NCBI GenBank assembly: GCA_951406725.2
Contig: OX597817.1
Span: 113,274,001-113,338,000, forward strand
DNA: 64,000 nucleotides
Origin: Octopus vulgaris
Lineage: Eukaryota
Direction of reading: 5' to 3'
Shown here in pieces: positions 1 to 14,612 of this stretch; position 1 is the first letter of the stretch; each line of letters opens with the position of its first letter. The notes below the pieces were generated by a model. It saw only the letters and a program-made list of their open reading frames with translations. It was not told the origin of the DNA and made no database searches. The position numbers and the translations under genes are program-made.

Positions 1-143
1 ATGTGTGTGTGTATGTATATATATGTATGTATGTAAATATATAAATCCAAAAGAATGAAAAATAAACACAAGAAAAGAAACAACAACACTAGAACGTGGT
101 ACAGGCAAAGTATAAGCAGATGTTTAGGGAAGGAAAGAAAGGT

Positions 144-180
144 GGTTTTACATTTTGAGCAATGCTCTTCTTCCAAAACA
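144..180 (-). ncRNA. Degenerate type I hammerhead-ribozyme relic in a PLE-type terminal repeat
   Basis: Minus strand reads ttt-TGGAAGA-agagc-att-gctc-AAAA-TG-TA-aaa. Stem II (gagc/gctc) and stem I (ttt/aaa) are intact, but the core boxes deviate from CUGANGA/GAAA, so it is probably dead. Confidence 0.35.
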
Positions 181-224
181 GGAAACAGAGGAAAAAAATT
201 CGCCAACTATTCACATGTGGTTAC

Positions 225-583
<359 letters not shown>

Positions 584-688
584 GAACTTTCACCTAATTA
601 AATTACTTAAATTACTTCAATTATTTGTCAGCATTTTCTTCATTTCCTTTTTTATATATCACCACTCGTGTTCGACATCTCCTTTTTT

Positions 689-740
<52 letters not shown>

Positions 741-2127
741 TCATGTTGTTATTTTCACTTGTTAAAAATTTGTCTGCTTGCTTTGTGCTTTCATAGACAT
801 GTGGAATAAAGTAAGGGTTAGTGACAGGGAGAGGATCCAGCTATGAAACATTGTGTGAAAATATAATCATCTAAACTATGCAAAAATGGAAAAAAATATT
901 TGTAAAACAGATGACCAAACAAAGTAATTATAGTGACAGATGCTAGTACAACAAAAATAGTACTCTCTAACTATCAGCTATCATGTTCCAATGACAAGAA
1001 AATATTAAGCTGAGTGCTGGGAGCATCAACTGAAGATTTCATATTAGATTTAGCTTTTCATCAACCAAGGCAGTATAAGATGATAGGAGTCTAAAATTCT
1101 GAGATTTGCAACTCCTACATAGATGCTCTGACTAGAACTAAGATAACTTCCAAGTAGTTTTAGAATGTGCTCATTCATCATTTCGAGTATTTGCAAGTCC
1201 CCACTGACACAGACACATTCATACACTTTCCTACCAGATAGTTGTTGACACTGTGCTAGGTTCTTTCTACCTTTTAATATCTCTTGTATTTTTCTCCTGG
1301 GCTTCCAGCAGACCCTCCTCTCTAAGTATTCTTAGTGGGTGAGCCAATGTAGTCACCAATGACCTGGCTATAAATACAAGTTATACTGGATTACATGTTA
1401 CCAATAGCACTGATTTGTGATCTCTCTCCCTCTCTTTTTCTCTCACACACACAGAGGACAGTAAACAATGGGCACTGAACCAACTTAATGCCAGAAAAGG
1501 TGATGTTGGTGGTGGTGAGTGGAGATGGCACATAATGGGCCAAGCAAAGTCATATGTGAATACCTGTCCAAGAGAGACGCTGTAGTTTGTAGCAACTACT
1601 TTTTCACTCAAATAAAAAGTAGAGACAGAAGAAAACAAAAGCAAATTTCCTTAATCTAAATTTACTTGGTACATCAGGGAAATTGCACCAGTACATCTTA
1701 GAAATCAGTGATGAAATCTATATGATGTAACAGCCAAGAGATATCCTCCAGCTATTTCTGGTATTTTCCACACTGAAAATTTTGTAGCCATGAGTTTTCA
1801 GAAGTTCTACAGTAGCTAGAACATGGCTTTACAAAGAATCGAGCTACTGTTAATATATACACTAAGATATTTTCCATGACCAATGTTTGAAGTTCTCTTT
1901 CACCTCATTAAACTCGACATGATATTCATGTTATTCAATTTGAATTCTTCTGGAAGTATTTATTAACAAATTTGCTTTAGATAAGCAGGACCACTTTATT
2001 TCAGTTACATAACAAGTAAGTTTGGATAAAAGTATGAGCATAGTATCAAATTCTTATTTTTCATCTCTTACAAAAGTTAGATATCTTATTTATACAAGAA
2101 AATATTGTTTTACCTTGAAAAGCAGTA

Positions 2128-2344
2128 CAGTAGAAACTCAATTTTTGAACAACTCTGATCTCAAATAAATCGTACTTTATCTCCTGTCTTTCTCGTATTC
2201 ATTTAATACAATAGTACCTCGGTTTCTGGGCGCCTCTGATCATGAATATTTCGTGCTTTATATATATTTATATTTATCTATATATATATATATAAAGCAT
2301 GATATATTTGCAATCAGAGTTGTTCGAAAACTGGAGTACTACTG
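2128..2344. mobile_element. pogo/Tc1-type MITE
   Basis: TIRs cagtagaaactcaatttttgaacaactctgat and atcagagttgttcgaaaactggagtactactg; left end preceded by TA; an extra internal TIR-like copy at ~2210-2260. Confidence 0.6.
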
Positions 2345-3120
2345 AGTTTTATGATATACCACCAAGCACAATCAGTTGTTTTATTATTCTACTTTCTTTC
2401 TATAAACTCTGTATGTGTTTAAGTATATCTAGTTGAAATTGACTATGAGAAGTGTGAAATTAAATTCATTTTATACACGCCTATAATATGTAGTTTATTG
2501 CCTTATTGTTCTATTTCTTCATCCCAGGTTTACATTCTTTGGGTATATTCTATTTAAAAATTGAATGATTCTAACACTACACCAGTTGGTTATTAAACGC
2601 ATTTTGGATCACCAGTTTTAAACAACTTAGTTTCTGTCAGGAATAATCTTGGTCAAGATATCATATCAAATTACAATACATTTTATAAATTTACAAATCT
2701 GAATAAGTTTGTAAACCACAAGGAAATAATCCTGTCATTTTGAACAAAGCATACACAGTTATCTAAATGTGTACTTTTTACTAAGTGATTTTTGGCAACT
2801 CTACCAAACCAGGTCCCTTAAATTCTTCTCTTTATTTGTTATTTTACATAAGCCTCAGAGAAAAATTGAAGAATTTCTTCTTTTAACTGTCTCATTCAGC
2901 ATCAGTTATTTCTTTCCTAGATATTAACTTGTTCCACAGAAGAATCAGCCTCTATAACTCATAAGATTTATTTTTCTGTTGTAATTTTGCTGATTTTAAA
3001 AACCTTTTTGGGGGGAAATATATAACTATATTACTGTTTGGTCTTAATTACTTTGTGGAATTTTTCTTTTTAACTTTTTTTTTAATTATCCCAAATATTC
3101 TGAATTTCTGTGATCTATTG

Positions 3121-3168
<48 letters not shown>

Positions 3169-3282
3169 AAAACCAAGTTGAATAAAAGCTAAGTATGAAT
3201 GCTATCTGTAAAAAAGAAAAAAATCTTTTATGTATGAAATCATTTCAAGTTTGCTGTTTTCTTTTTTTTATGGTTTTTTTAG

Positions 3283-3330
3283 CCTAGGTAGCGGAAGAAG
3301 TTCTAAGGGAGATAATTCCCCTAATTCAAA
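3283..3330 (+). CDS. RGS17/19/20: Putative 48-nt coding exon of the RZ-type RGS gene (N-terminal linker, LGSGRSSKGDNSPNS)
   Basis: Long polypyrimidine tract + AG at 3281-3282, GTAAGT donor at 3331. Phase 2-2 and open in the frame that joins 14538 (aa|t = Asn). No homology evidence for the peptide itself. Confidence 0.6.
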
Positions 3331-3449
3331 GTAAGTATTAAGTATGGAGAAACATCTACCCATGTCATTTGATATGATGTTTTACCCTCAGACACCTCCA
3401 TGTATCCATGTAGTTGATTTTTATCTTTTGGCAGTGTATACTTGTGTTT

Positions 3450-4016
<567 letters not shown>

Positions 4017-4216
4017 GGCACACATTCACACATGCACAAAGACATGTTTACAAAGGACAGACAGTCATCAGATGGTTTCATAAAGGTGGGGAGATAGTGT
4101 GCTACATATTTCATAGCCTGAATATTAGAACACACTTCAATTTTTGGTGTCTTTTGGCTTCAGTGAATGAATGTACTTTTGATTTATTGTGCAGGGCTGT
4201 ATTAGCATTTATAACT

Positions 4217-4961
<745 letters not shown>

Positions 4962-5543
4962 GTTGGGCATGCCTTTTCAAGCAATTATCATATTATTACA
5001 CTATTTCATTTTGTATGTGCATGTTTTACTCTGTCTGCTTGGACTGTCTTAATATCTCTGCTCGTCTTCATGTAGAGATGTATGTCTTTATTTCTCCAAA
5101 AACATTTTTTTATATATATATATATTCATGCATACATACATATATATGCATACATACATATATTTGAGCAATCAAATCATAAATTAAGGAATACTTAATG
5201 CAAATGTTTCATTAAACTAATAACTTTTGTGTGGTTTGATAATTTCACAATTTACATCGTTTACTTTAGTCATTTTGACTGTGACCATGCTGGAGCACCA
5301 CCTTGGAAAATGTTATGTTGTTCAGCATTTTTGCCTGGTGCTTTAATAATACTGCCAGCTCGCCACCTTTTTTTATGTAGCCATTTTTAATTGATAGAGC
5401 TATGGACATGCGCATGCACACACTCACACACACACACATGCACAAACTTATAGAGTTTGTATGAATATGTATGAATATACATCTGCATATATCCATAAAT
5501 ATATATATTTGTATAAATATTTGTATGTGTGTGTATATATATA

Positions 5544-6385
5544 TCTACTACATATGTGGGAAATTCTGTCTGTGGGTGTGTTTTGGGAGTTGTTTGTTAG
5601 CTAACTTCTACATCGTTTTATCGATTTTGATGAAACTTGACACATGAGTACAACTCATGTCTGGAAACCTCATGACATACTCAGATTGTTGAAAAAAATC
5701 GATAATAGGGCACCTGGAGGGGATCCTTATATATATCTAATATATTTTATTTTAAAAACCAAGGGAAATAACCTATGGAAGGGTTCTTAATATATAGCCA
5801 AGTAAAATAACCCATTCCTTTTCCTAAATTATTTGGTAAAAATGAAATTGAGTATGCTTATTTCTTAGTATTTGAATTGTTAGAGTTATTTTCCCAAAAT
5901 ATCCAGTACAACGCTTAAACAAGTAAATAGTATTTTCCTAACAATTGATCCACTTATTTCAGTTAGTGACTTATTCACGAATATACCAACACTAGCTCCT
6001 CTGAGGGTAATATTCTCTGGGAATGCACAAAAGCCCTTTTCAGAGTTATTTACTTTGAATTGTTAATATCTCATATCTGATTAGCCTGTTATTACATAAC
6101 ATGCTTCACGATTTTAGTATACATACTTTATTATTATTTCCTCCTACGTTCTGTATAATCTGGGAATGTATTAAAGCCCATTTTGGGGCTACTTTATTTG
6201 AATTCTTACTATCGGGTAACTAATTTCATGTTATTACATAACTAACTTCACAATTTGGGTATTCTTAATTTATTGGCAATTCCTAAAAACAAGATCCCGT
6301 GTAAGACAGTTCGGTATTCTCTGTAAATGCACAAAAACCGTTTTAAGGTCTTTATACTTTGTATTGTTGTTATTGGATTAGTGTA
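5544..6385 (+). mobile_element. Non-autonomous Helitron-like element, copy 1 (3' end lost in TA tract)
   Basis: A|TC 5' end (tctactacatat...ctgtctgt...atcgattttgatgaaactt). About 5880-6350 is the reverse complement of ~61745-62210, including an identical gtaagacagttcggtattctctgtaaatgcacaaaaaccgttttaagg. Confidence 0.6.
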
Positions 6386-6386
6386 A

Positions 6387-6435
<49 letters not shown>

Positions 6436-6442
<7 letters not shown>

Positions 6443-6718
6443 TTTATAGAAGGAGCTTCTACAGGACTAGAACTGTTTCATTCAAATGAAATCATCAGGA
6501 AGCTCATGGCAGAGTAAATTAATTTATTTTATAGAAGGAGCTTCTACACGACTAGAACTGTTTCATTCAAATGAAATCATCAGGAAGCTTCCTGATGATT
6601 TCATTTGAATGAAACAGTTCTAGTCCTGTAGAAGCTCCTTCTATAAAATAAATTAATTTACTCTGCCATGTATTGAGTACCTTATTTACTGTGGTTAACC
6701 CCGACTCAACCCGGGACC

Positions 6719-6720
<2 letters not shown>
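6436..6720. mobile_element. PLE-type terminal-repeat fold-back: 166-bp palindrome (6505-6670, one mismatch) plus upstream direct copy (6436-6504), flanked by (TA)n
   Basis: Axis at aag|ctt 6587/6588; arms run catggcagag...ctctgccatg; contains three hammerhead motifs. Confidence 0.85.
6586..6636 (+). ncRNA. Type I hammerhead ribozyme motif (sense to the RGS pre-mRNA)
   Basis: agcttc-CTGATGA(6592-6598)-t-ttc-attt-gaa-t-GAAA(6611-6614)-cag-ttctagtc-ctg-TA-gaagct. Stem I 6 bp, stem III 4 bp, GUA cleavage triplet 6628-6630; U-U instead of a pair at the base of stem II. Two more copies on the minus strand (~6454-6504 and ~6539-6589). Confidence 0.75.
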
Positions 6721-6761
<41 letters not shown>

Positions 6762-7335
6762 TCATAGCTGATGATTCAACTTCACACTGTTATTATTCAG
6801 AGTTTTGGATGATAAAAAGGATAGATACATACATATACTTTCTTTTTCTCACTTCTCAATAAATATTTTGTTTCTATTATTACTACTACAATGATAGGAA
6901 GATTCTTATTTGTAAGAAGGAATATTATAATATTTTTAAAGGTTGTTACCCGTTATCTAATATTTGTGAAACTTAGATTTGCTACCTGTAAACACATTTA
7001 AGCCAACTGTTTACTTAAGAGATTTCATTCTCAAGCATCAGTGTTTGAATACATACAGTTATGGTAGCAACTACATCCAAAACAAAGAGCAATTCATTTT
7101 CATTGTAAATTCTCCTTCAACATTATCATTTACTGGCTTTCATTTAATCACAATCTTCTACTTACCATCTACTCCTAAACATGCAAACTGGAAATTATTT
7201 CCCATTTAGGATTAGAATACAAACTCTCACATCATTTATCTCTGCTATTCAGGCTACATTTTGTGTCCCTACAGCAGTGTCTGAGCTTACATAGAATCCA
7301 TGAATCCACAGCTCCTCTGGATATCAGCAAATTTC

Positions 7336-7403
<68 letters not shown>

Positions 7404-7580
7404 ACACACACACACATACACACCACATGTCATCATCTTTAGTGGCTATAGACAAGTTTTTCCAACGCCTCTCACATTGACCCTGCACAGGCTGAATTTG
7501 TCATTATACTACAATGTAGCCAATACTTCCTGACACTTTCTCATTGCCTAACCCAGCTGTTACAAAACTTTCTACATAGA

Positions 7581-8740
7581 CAGGGTGTCTCCCAAAAATG
7601 TATACACACTTTAACAGCTGATAATTGAACTCAATTTTTATTTCTTTTTAGATCTAATCCATTAGAAATAATGAAGGGAGCTACTCTAAGCTTTGTTCAA
7701 AGGAAATTCGTCCTATGCTACTGGAAGTTTAAAAACACAAAGTGCAAAGACAGTTTAGGAGGGAGTTTCAAAAAGATCCATCTATGCAATTTACCATCAT
7801 CACTCTATCAGAGATAAGTTTGAAGCAGATTGGACTGCTCAGAATGTTCATAAGAAATGTTCCTGAAAACTGTGGACAGTGACAAGCCCCACCACAAGAT
7901 GAGAAAAGATACAAGGAACATATTACCAGATTTTGAGAAAATCTTTGCAGCAAGTGATTCATGATATAGGAATTTCAAAATCAAGTTTCCATTGCATTTG
8001 AAGTACTGTCATTAGAAAAGTTACATTCCAAAAATAATCGATGCTTTTGATGAAGTTGATCCAGGCCAAAAAGAGGAGTTTTGCAAGTGGAACTTGGCAA
8101 GATGTGTGGAAGATGCACCCTTTCCAGCAAAGATTGTTTGGAGTGATGAAGCTACAGTTAAATTAAATGGCTCAAGCAACTGCCACAATCACACCTACTG
8201 GGAACCCAAGAATTTGCATTTTACAGGGAACACCATGTTAATTTACCTAGAGTTATAGTTTAGCATAGATTATCATCAAAACAGTTAATTTGACCATGCA
8301 TGTTTGATCGTACTTTGACTGGTCCCCTTTACTTGAACTTGTAAGAATCTTTCATGCCAAACATTCAAGAGGACTCTGAAGATGTGGAATTTTCTTTTCA
8401 CCAAGAAGGGACACACCCATACTACCAGAGTAATGTAAGAGCCTACTTTGATGAGATTTTACCAAATAGATGTATTGAACAAAGAGATTCAGTAGATTAT
8501 CCTCTCCATCCACCGGACCTCAGACTACTTTTGTTTTAATGGAGATACTTAAAAGGTAATGTTTATGGTACAAAGCCCACAACAGTTGACAGTAGAGGGC
8601 AGCCAGTGGAGGAGAGTACACACAAATGCTAAATAAAAGGCTTCTTGATGTTTGCAATTCCATTGCTTCTCATTATCAGCAGTGCCTGGACCATAATGAC
8701 CATCAGTTTGAAAACAGGCATTCATAATAAAAATTAAATT
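7581..8740 (+). mobile_element. Degenerate Tc1/mariner transposon (DD37D/maT-like transposase pseudogene)
   Basis: TIR-like start cagggtgtctcccaaaa; fragments [59 protein letters not shown] and WRYLKGNVYGTKP match the family motifs WSDEA, FQQDGAPPH, WPPRSPDL and WGYLK. Many stops and frameshifts; right TIR not found. Confidence 0.8.
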
Positions 8741-8775
8741 TTGTCTATCAAAATTTTAATAAACACTGACATTCT

Positions 8776-8819
<44 letters not shown>

Positions 8820-8987
8820 GCATGTGCATGTAAGTATGTACGTACATATATATGTATGTATGTATGCATGCAATATGAGTGAGTAATAAAGTTATATTGT
8901 ACTTCAGTAGAAACAACAGTAACTACAAGGAATTCAGTAGAATAATATTGACATTTACTTAAACTAAAAAAGAAAAAAGTTCAGGGC

Positions 8988-9029
8988 TACAATTTACTAT
9001 AGTTTCATCTCTTGAATCATCAGATTGTA
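8988..9029 (-). ncRNA. Type I hammerhead ribozyme motif (PLE terminal repeat)
   Basis: Minus strand: tacaat-CTGATGA-t-tc-aaga-ga-t-GAAA-CTATAG-TA-a-attgta. Intact core boxes, palindromic stem III hexamer, 6-bp stem I with one extra A, weak stem II. Confidence 0.65.
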
Positions 9030-11089
9030 ATGAGATGCTGTTGATAAAATGTAATGTATGTGATGTTAGTTAAGAGTTGGGTATGGAGGACTGTAGTGAG
9101 AATGTAATGGGAGTAGGAGAGAGAGGTGTGTTGAGACAAAAGAGAAAAAGAAGAGTAGTATATTATCAATAGTGTTTCAGATAAATCTGAATGGGTGTAT
9201 TTGAAATATTGAGAGAAATGCAGTGGTTTGAGTATAGAGAAAATGGTTGAAAGGAAGTAATTGGTTAGAGCTTAATCTTCAGATCATTAAAACTATTCCA
9301 CTGTTGAAATATCATTATTCAAAGACATCACCTGAAGGAAAAGCTACTCTCTTTGCCTATTTTCAACAACCTGATTTGATTAGCAGTTTAAAATATTTCA
9401 CCTTTTTAATTCATTTCTGCACACAAGAAGGTATAAATTTTGATTGGTTATTAAGAAGAGAGTGATTATAACATACTTCATAACATTCAGAAATGCAAAG
9501 CAGACATGGCCTGTTGGAATCATTCTGAGCTTTAGAAAGATATTATACTGCATCTGATGTCCAAGTTTGAATCATCAGTTTTAAATTTACAGATAATTCT
9601 AAACAAACTCATATCAGTTGAAAGTTTAAAAAATTGTTAATGTAGATTGTTACATAATTTGAAGGAATTTGAAGTTAAACCAATCTGTGATCTCAGAACT
9701 GTGCTCATTTTGGCAGAGCACTGTAAAGAATTCCATTAGTAGTACATTTGGGGTTGAGGGGATAATCAATTGGACACAATTGTAAGTTTATAAATGAATT
9801 ACTAAATTTTACATAGTATGTTTGAGGAAAATTGCGGAAATTTTGTAGTACTTGTGGTGCAGAAAGAGTGATTTCATGATTTTTATTACAAATTTTTATT
9901 ATAAGTGTGCAAACTTGTTGGCCAAATGAAGTATAGAACAAATGATATTTCTTTTTTCTATTTTTGTGGTGTTATAACTGGTTGTCAATCAGTGAGGAGC
10001 AGGGGAAAAACACAGGTACAGAGACACACACACAACAGGCTTCCACACAGTTTATATCTACCAAATTCACTTATAAGACATTGATTGGCCTGGAGTTAAA
10101 ATAGAAGGTGTTATGCAGTAGAACTCAATCCATATCCATGGTTGCAAGCAAGCTTCTTAACTGCTCAATATCTTTTTAATGCACATTTTCCCTTTTTGCA
10201 CAAAGTGTTCCAAGATATATTTGATCAAAGATTCACCACAAATAAAAAAACAAAAAACAGATTAGGTACTGAGTACTCTTAAGTTAAGAGTTTAGAAATA
10301 AATGGGTCAAGCTGGATATATTTGCAATATTTATTGTCACTTTGGTTAAATTAATTGATTACTGGAGAGCTATGTTTCCATAAAGGTAAATTTGTGGCTT
10401 GATTAATTTTTATTATATTCACAAATAAAATATATGTACTAACTACACCTGGTTTGCTCTTTACCATTTAAAGAGCCTACACTTGGTCTAAGCTTGAAAG
10501 TTATTCTTCAAGTTTTTAATAGGATTTGAGATATACATGATGCTAAGCATTTAGTTTGATTGTCTATTTCAAGTTTGATGGCTAATATATAGGCTTCTTT
10601 ATTAATTTTTTGTGCTGGTATTTGTTTTTCTGTATGTGTTTGTAATATTTGAAGGCAGCCTTGAACGAATTGGTATATCAATCCCATAAAGATCTTTTTT
10701 TGCCTTGTCAGTATGAGAAAATATATTACAAGAGCATTGAGCATTATTCTGTAATTTTTAATGCTCTTGAATGGTGCACATGTGAGAATAAAATCATACA
10801 TTTTTTTTTATCTCAAATAGCTTCTCAGAATTCTCTAATAATTTATTACGCAAGATACAATTTCTTTGTCCTAAAGCCTTATCTTTGATCATCAGAGGCA
10901 TCAGTTGAGTTGTCCAAGAAATATGTCTTCCAGTATATTCTCTTTATCATAATTTCCACTTGTTAAAAGCATAAAAATATATTCTTTTGTGAATATATTA
11001 CCAGGTGCTGGTATGTCCTTAGATAGAAGTTGCTTGTATGTGCAGAGTGCTTAATAATAAAGAAGCATTTATATGTACATGAAACTATA

Positions 11090-11245
11090 TCATCATCATC
11101 ATCATCATCGTCGTTTAACGTCCGTTTTCCATGCTAGCATGGGTTGGACGGTTCGACCGGGGTTCTGGGAAGCCAGAAGGCTGCACCAGGCTCCAGTCTA
11201 ATCTGGCAATGTTTCTACAGCTGGATGCCCTTCCTAACGCCAACC

Positions 11246-11246
<1 letters not shown>
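11090..11246 (-). mobile_element. SINE 3' part with RTE-like (GAT)n tail
   Basis: catcatcgtcgtttaacgtccgttttccatgctagcatgggttggacgg...ggatgcccttcctaacgccaacc. Related copies at ~18047-18235 (-), 21013-21275 (+), 43740-43998 (-), 44808-45050 (-), 51920-52082 (-) and 60100-60480 (-). Confidence 0.75.
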
Positions 11247-11277
<31 letters not shown>

Positions 11278-11282
<5 letters not shown>

Positions 11283-12115
11283 TAAGCCAAATGAAAATAT
11301 ATTAAGTCCTACAACCATGCTCCTGTAGTTTTCAAGAATTTAGTGAATAACATTAGCTCTTATATTTTGTCAAATGAAGAAAGTTTTAACTATGCATCAT
11401 CCTAATATAACAATTCATTGAAAGGGAATGGATTCCATAAGGGAATATAATATATACCATATTGAACAACTCATAAAGCCATAAAAAAATCACAAGCATT
11501 ACATCACCTGACTTCATCCTACTTACAGTATGGGTGTGGCATCCAATAGCACCAAAACCTTCTTGAACCTCTTACTGAAGTACTTCTCTATACATGCTAC
11601 AAGAACTCCATGAAAGCCAGCTGCAGTTGTACTAGCATCATAAAGTATTTGATTTCTGATGTCAACAGGAGAAATTACAATAATTTCGTCAGTCAATTGA
11701 CTAACCACAACAAAATTGTGTCCAATATCTATTCATATTTACTTGATAGCAAATACCTGAGCTACAAGGAAATTCACAGATCACAAGGAACAATTTTATT
11801 TAAGCTTAACTGAATACACATTTAAAATTAGATACACAAAGGAAGCATATTCTTTTAGGCATGCAATGAAAAGAAGCATCACCTCTTAACACAGCACATT
11901 TGGAGACTGGAATATGATGGCACTACAAACTTCAAGATACTGTGGTCAATGATACAATTTGTCAAGCCACAATCTAAAGGATTTAGGCTGTAGTGCTTAT
12001 GTAACTGAGAAAAATTCTTCATACTGGTGTATCCTTTCAACTTATTGAATTCTAGGAATGAATTATTTTTGAAATTTCATCGCCAAATATAGTTTATTCT
12101 ACAAAAATTTTATTT
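11278..12115 (+). pseudogene. Penelope-like retroelement ORF remnant (RT thumb/linker + GIY-YIG endonuclease; Naiad-like)
   Basis: Manual translation gives YKPNEN, NHAPVVFKNLVNNIS, SNEESFNYAS*YNNSLKGNGF, IT*LHPTYSMGVASNSTKTFLNLLLKYF (cf. IIWFNPPYSxNVxTNIGKxFLxLIDKHF), MKASCSCTSIIKYLIS and LTQHIWRLE...FKILWSMI...CLCN*EKFFIL...NLLNSRNELF. A weaker RT-like signal extends upstream to ~10450. Confidence 0.75.
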
Positions 12116-12961
12116 TTACCTACAGGCTGAATTATAAATATTACGAATTATAAATATTATGAGTTCTAAATATGAATATATAGTATTCTCTTCCCTCTAG
12201 TAGCTAAAAGTTGTTCAGAGATATATCATAGGAAATGGATGCTATTAGTAAGTTTGATTCTTGTCTGTTGAATCTTGTACATCCTACTACCTTATTTTAT
12301 TTCATATTCATTTATTTATTCAAGCACTAATTAGCTTTTTTGCTGAACTGTTTGTATATAAACTTCTCACTATACCTCAAAATTTTCCTTTCCTTTTTTT
12401 CACACTACAGTAGCATTTCTCTTTCTTCTTTCCTCTATTCTTCAGTACTTCATAAACTTCATTTCTTTCTCTTCTCTGATTTTTTGTCACTCTATTCAAT
12501 CAGTCATGTTACATAATCACAACCCCTATATTTTGTTTTTCACATTTATGTTTCTCCCTAATAATTATACCTTCTCTCCATAACTTTATTGTTGCCAATT
12601 ATGCCTACTGTAGCATAGATTAAATATATCTACTGTCTTTCTCTATCCTCTTTCAAACTTTTCTCATTGTGTCCTTTTTTTTCTCTCTCTAAGCTCTTTC
12701 TGTTAGTCTTCTTCAATATGTGCTTCATTATTTCACATATTTCTATCTATAACTTTTTGTTTCATTTCTATCATGATATTTCAATAACTTATCAGGTATT
12801 AAGTTTGGAATGTTAAATCTAAAAGACAACGCTTATTTTGGACATCTATGTAGCACTTATATAAATAAGCGTGGAATTTATCATGAAGCCTTTAGTTGTA
12901 ACAAAAAGTTTTAATTGCTATTACTGTTAGCATTAATCCTATATTGTATACTTTTTCTTTA

Positions 12962-13000
<39 letters not shown>

Positions 13001-13056
13001 CATACATACATACATACATACATACATACTCATATGATATATGTACATATAAATAC

Positions 13057-13093
<37 letters not shown>

Positions 13094-14537
13094 CATACAT
13101 ACATACATACATACATACACATATGATATATGTACATATAAATACAGATATATATATATATATACACACACACATATGATACATTCACATACACCCATGA
13201 ACACACTTACACATATACGTATTATATGTTTTTATCAATGATGTATCGTGAAGAAAGTTCACTTATGGATAATAGCATAAAATACTTTGGGTTAATCCCT
13301 TGGGTGGGGAAAAAAAAGGCAGAAAGCTATGTGCAGGATTCAAACTATGCATCTTCTCTAACCCAGACACACGTGCTACAAATTAACTTAAACAGCCTAC
13401 TCCCTCCTATCTTCCATCAAATTAAATGCTTTGATCTTACCAATGAGAAAGTATGTTTATATTCAGACTACTAATATTTTCTTCCTGGTAAAATTGTTTA
13501 AAGTGTTTAATTTGAGGAAAAAAGATGAGTAAGGTGCTGCTTTAGTGTAATTGTTAGCACTTCTGTTTGGGTTACAGTAGATGCATGGTTTTGAGTCTCA
13601 CATGTAACTTTCTGTGTTTTTTATGTTTTTTCGTCCAAGACATTTTTACCCCAATTTTAATATAAGCTCTTCTTTATAGCTGAATTCACTTCAAGACACA
13701 TTAATTCCAAGGACTTATATTTCTCATTGGACACACTTACATCTACATACATTCTATTTCATTATACAGTGTTGCAACTGTTCATCAACTGCTTTATATG
13801 GAGTCCTCACCTGCTATTGTACTTGATATTGTAAACCTATAGTAAACATTTTATAGACAATAGAACCATTTCAATATATGGGCATAGTTTCTCAGTACAT
13901 GCAATATACTGAAAACAACACTATATTACTTTGTGTGTGTGCGTGTGTGTGTGTGTGTCTGTGTCTGTGAGAGAGATAGGGAGAAAATTTGGTGGTGGAG
14001 ACTGGAATAATGAATAATTTTGGGTAGTTTTTGAAATATCTAATTGAGCTATTTTCATTTTAAAAAATTGCTTAAATTATAAAGATACTTTCTGAAAGTA
14101 ACAGAGATATTTTTTTAAGCTTGTCAAAGAAATCAACTTTCTTTATCAGACTAAGATTAACTTCAGCTTGTAGCAAGCATGACTACATAGAAATTCATTT
14201 TTCAAGAAATTGTACTTTTTATTTGAAATTTTAATTTTTTTTTATGTTCAGGATCATCAATGGTTTTTTTTTGGTTTTTTTTTTATAAGGCTTGTTTGTA
14301 AAAACATGAAATCTTTGAATACAATACACTGAAATCAACATGCATGTTAAACTTTTTGTAACAGTATTCCATTCTTGTGCATTTTATTTTGTTGATTAAT
14401 GGTATTAGAAAATGTGTTGTCTTTAAATATCCCCAAATAGATGTAGTTGATATTTTTCTTTATTGTTGTTGTTTTTATGTAAATCCTTGGGAAACAAGCT
14501 TTAATGATTTCTTTTCATTTTGTTTTGCTTTAATTAG

Positions 14538-14612
14538 TATGGTTGTGAAAAATGATCAACTCTCTCAGAGTAGATCAAAAGAACTGGATTCTAACAGCGA
14601 CAGAGAAGAACT
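14538..14612 (+). CDS. RGS17/19/20: Coding exon of RZ-type RGS (linker: MVVKNDQLSQSRSKELDSNSDREE)
   Basis: Pyrimidine tract + AG 14536-14537, GTAAGT at 14613. 75 nt, phase 2-2; ct|t joins exon 20714 in frame (Leu). Position corresponds to the LTVRN...linker after the cysteine string of vertebrate RGS17. Confidence 0.8.

Noticed and set aside
1640-2120. Possible hAT transposase remnant on the minus strand (LQGKTIFSCINKISNF)
   Set aside because: A single short motif match; too degenerate to support without a profile search.
2560-2830. Possible PLE endonuclease trace on the minus strand (FKTGDPKC, KNHLVKSTHL)
   Set aside because: Similarity too weak to call by eye.
4035-4080. Minus-strand CTGATGA...TAAACATGTC hammerhead-like string
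   Set aside because: Neither stem I nor stem II can form, and the GAAA box is broken.
14455-14480. FLYCCCFY as the RZ cysteine string
   Set aside because: It lies upstream of the 14537 acceptor in T-rich intron sequence, comes from a (TGT)n run and lacks the CCxCWCCCCSCS pattern.
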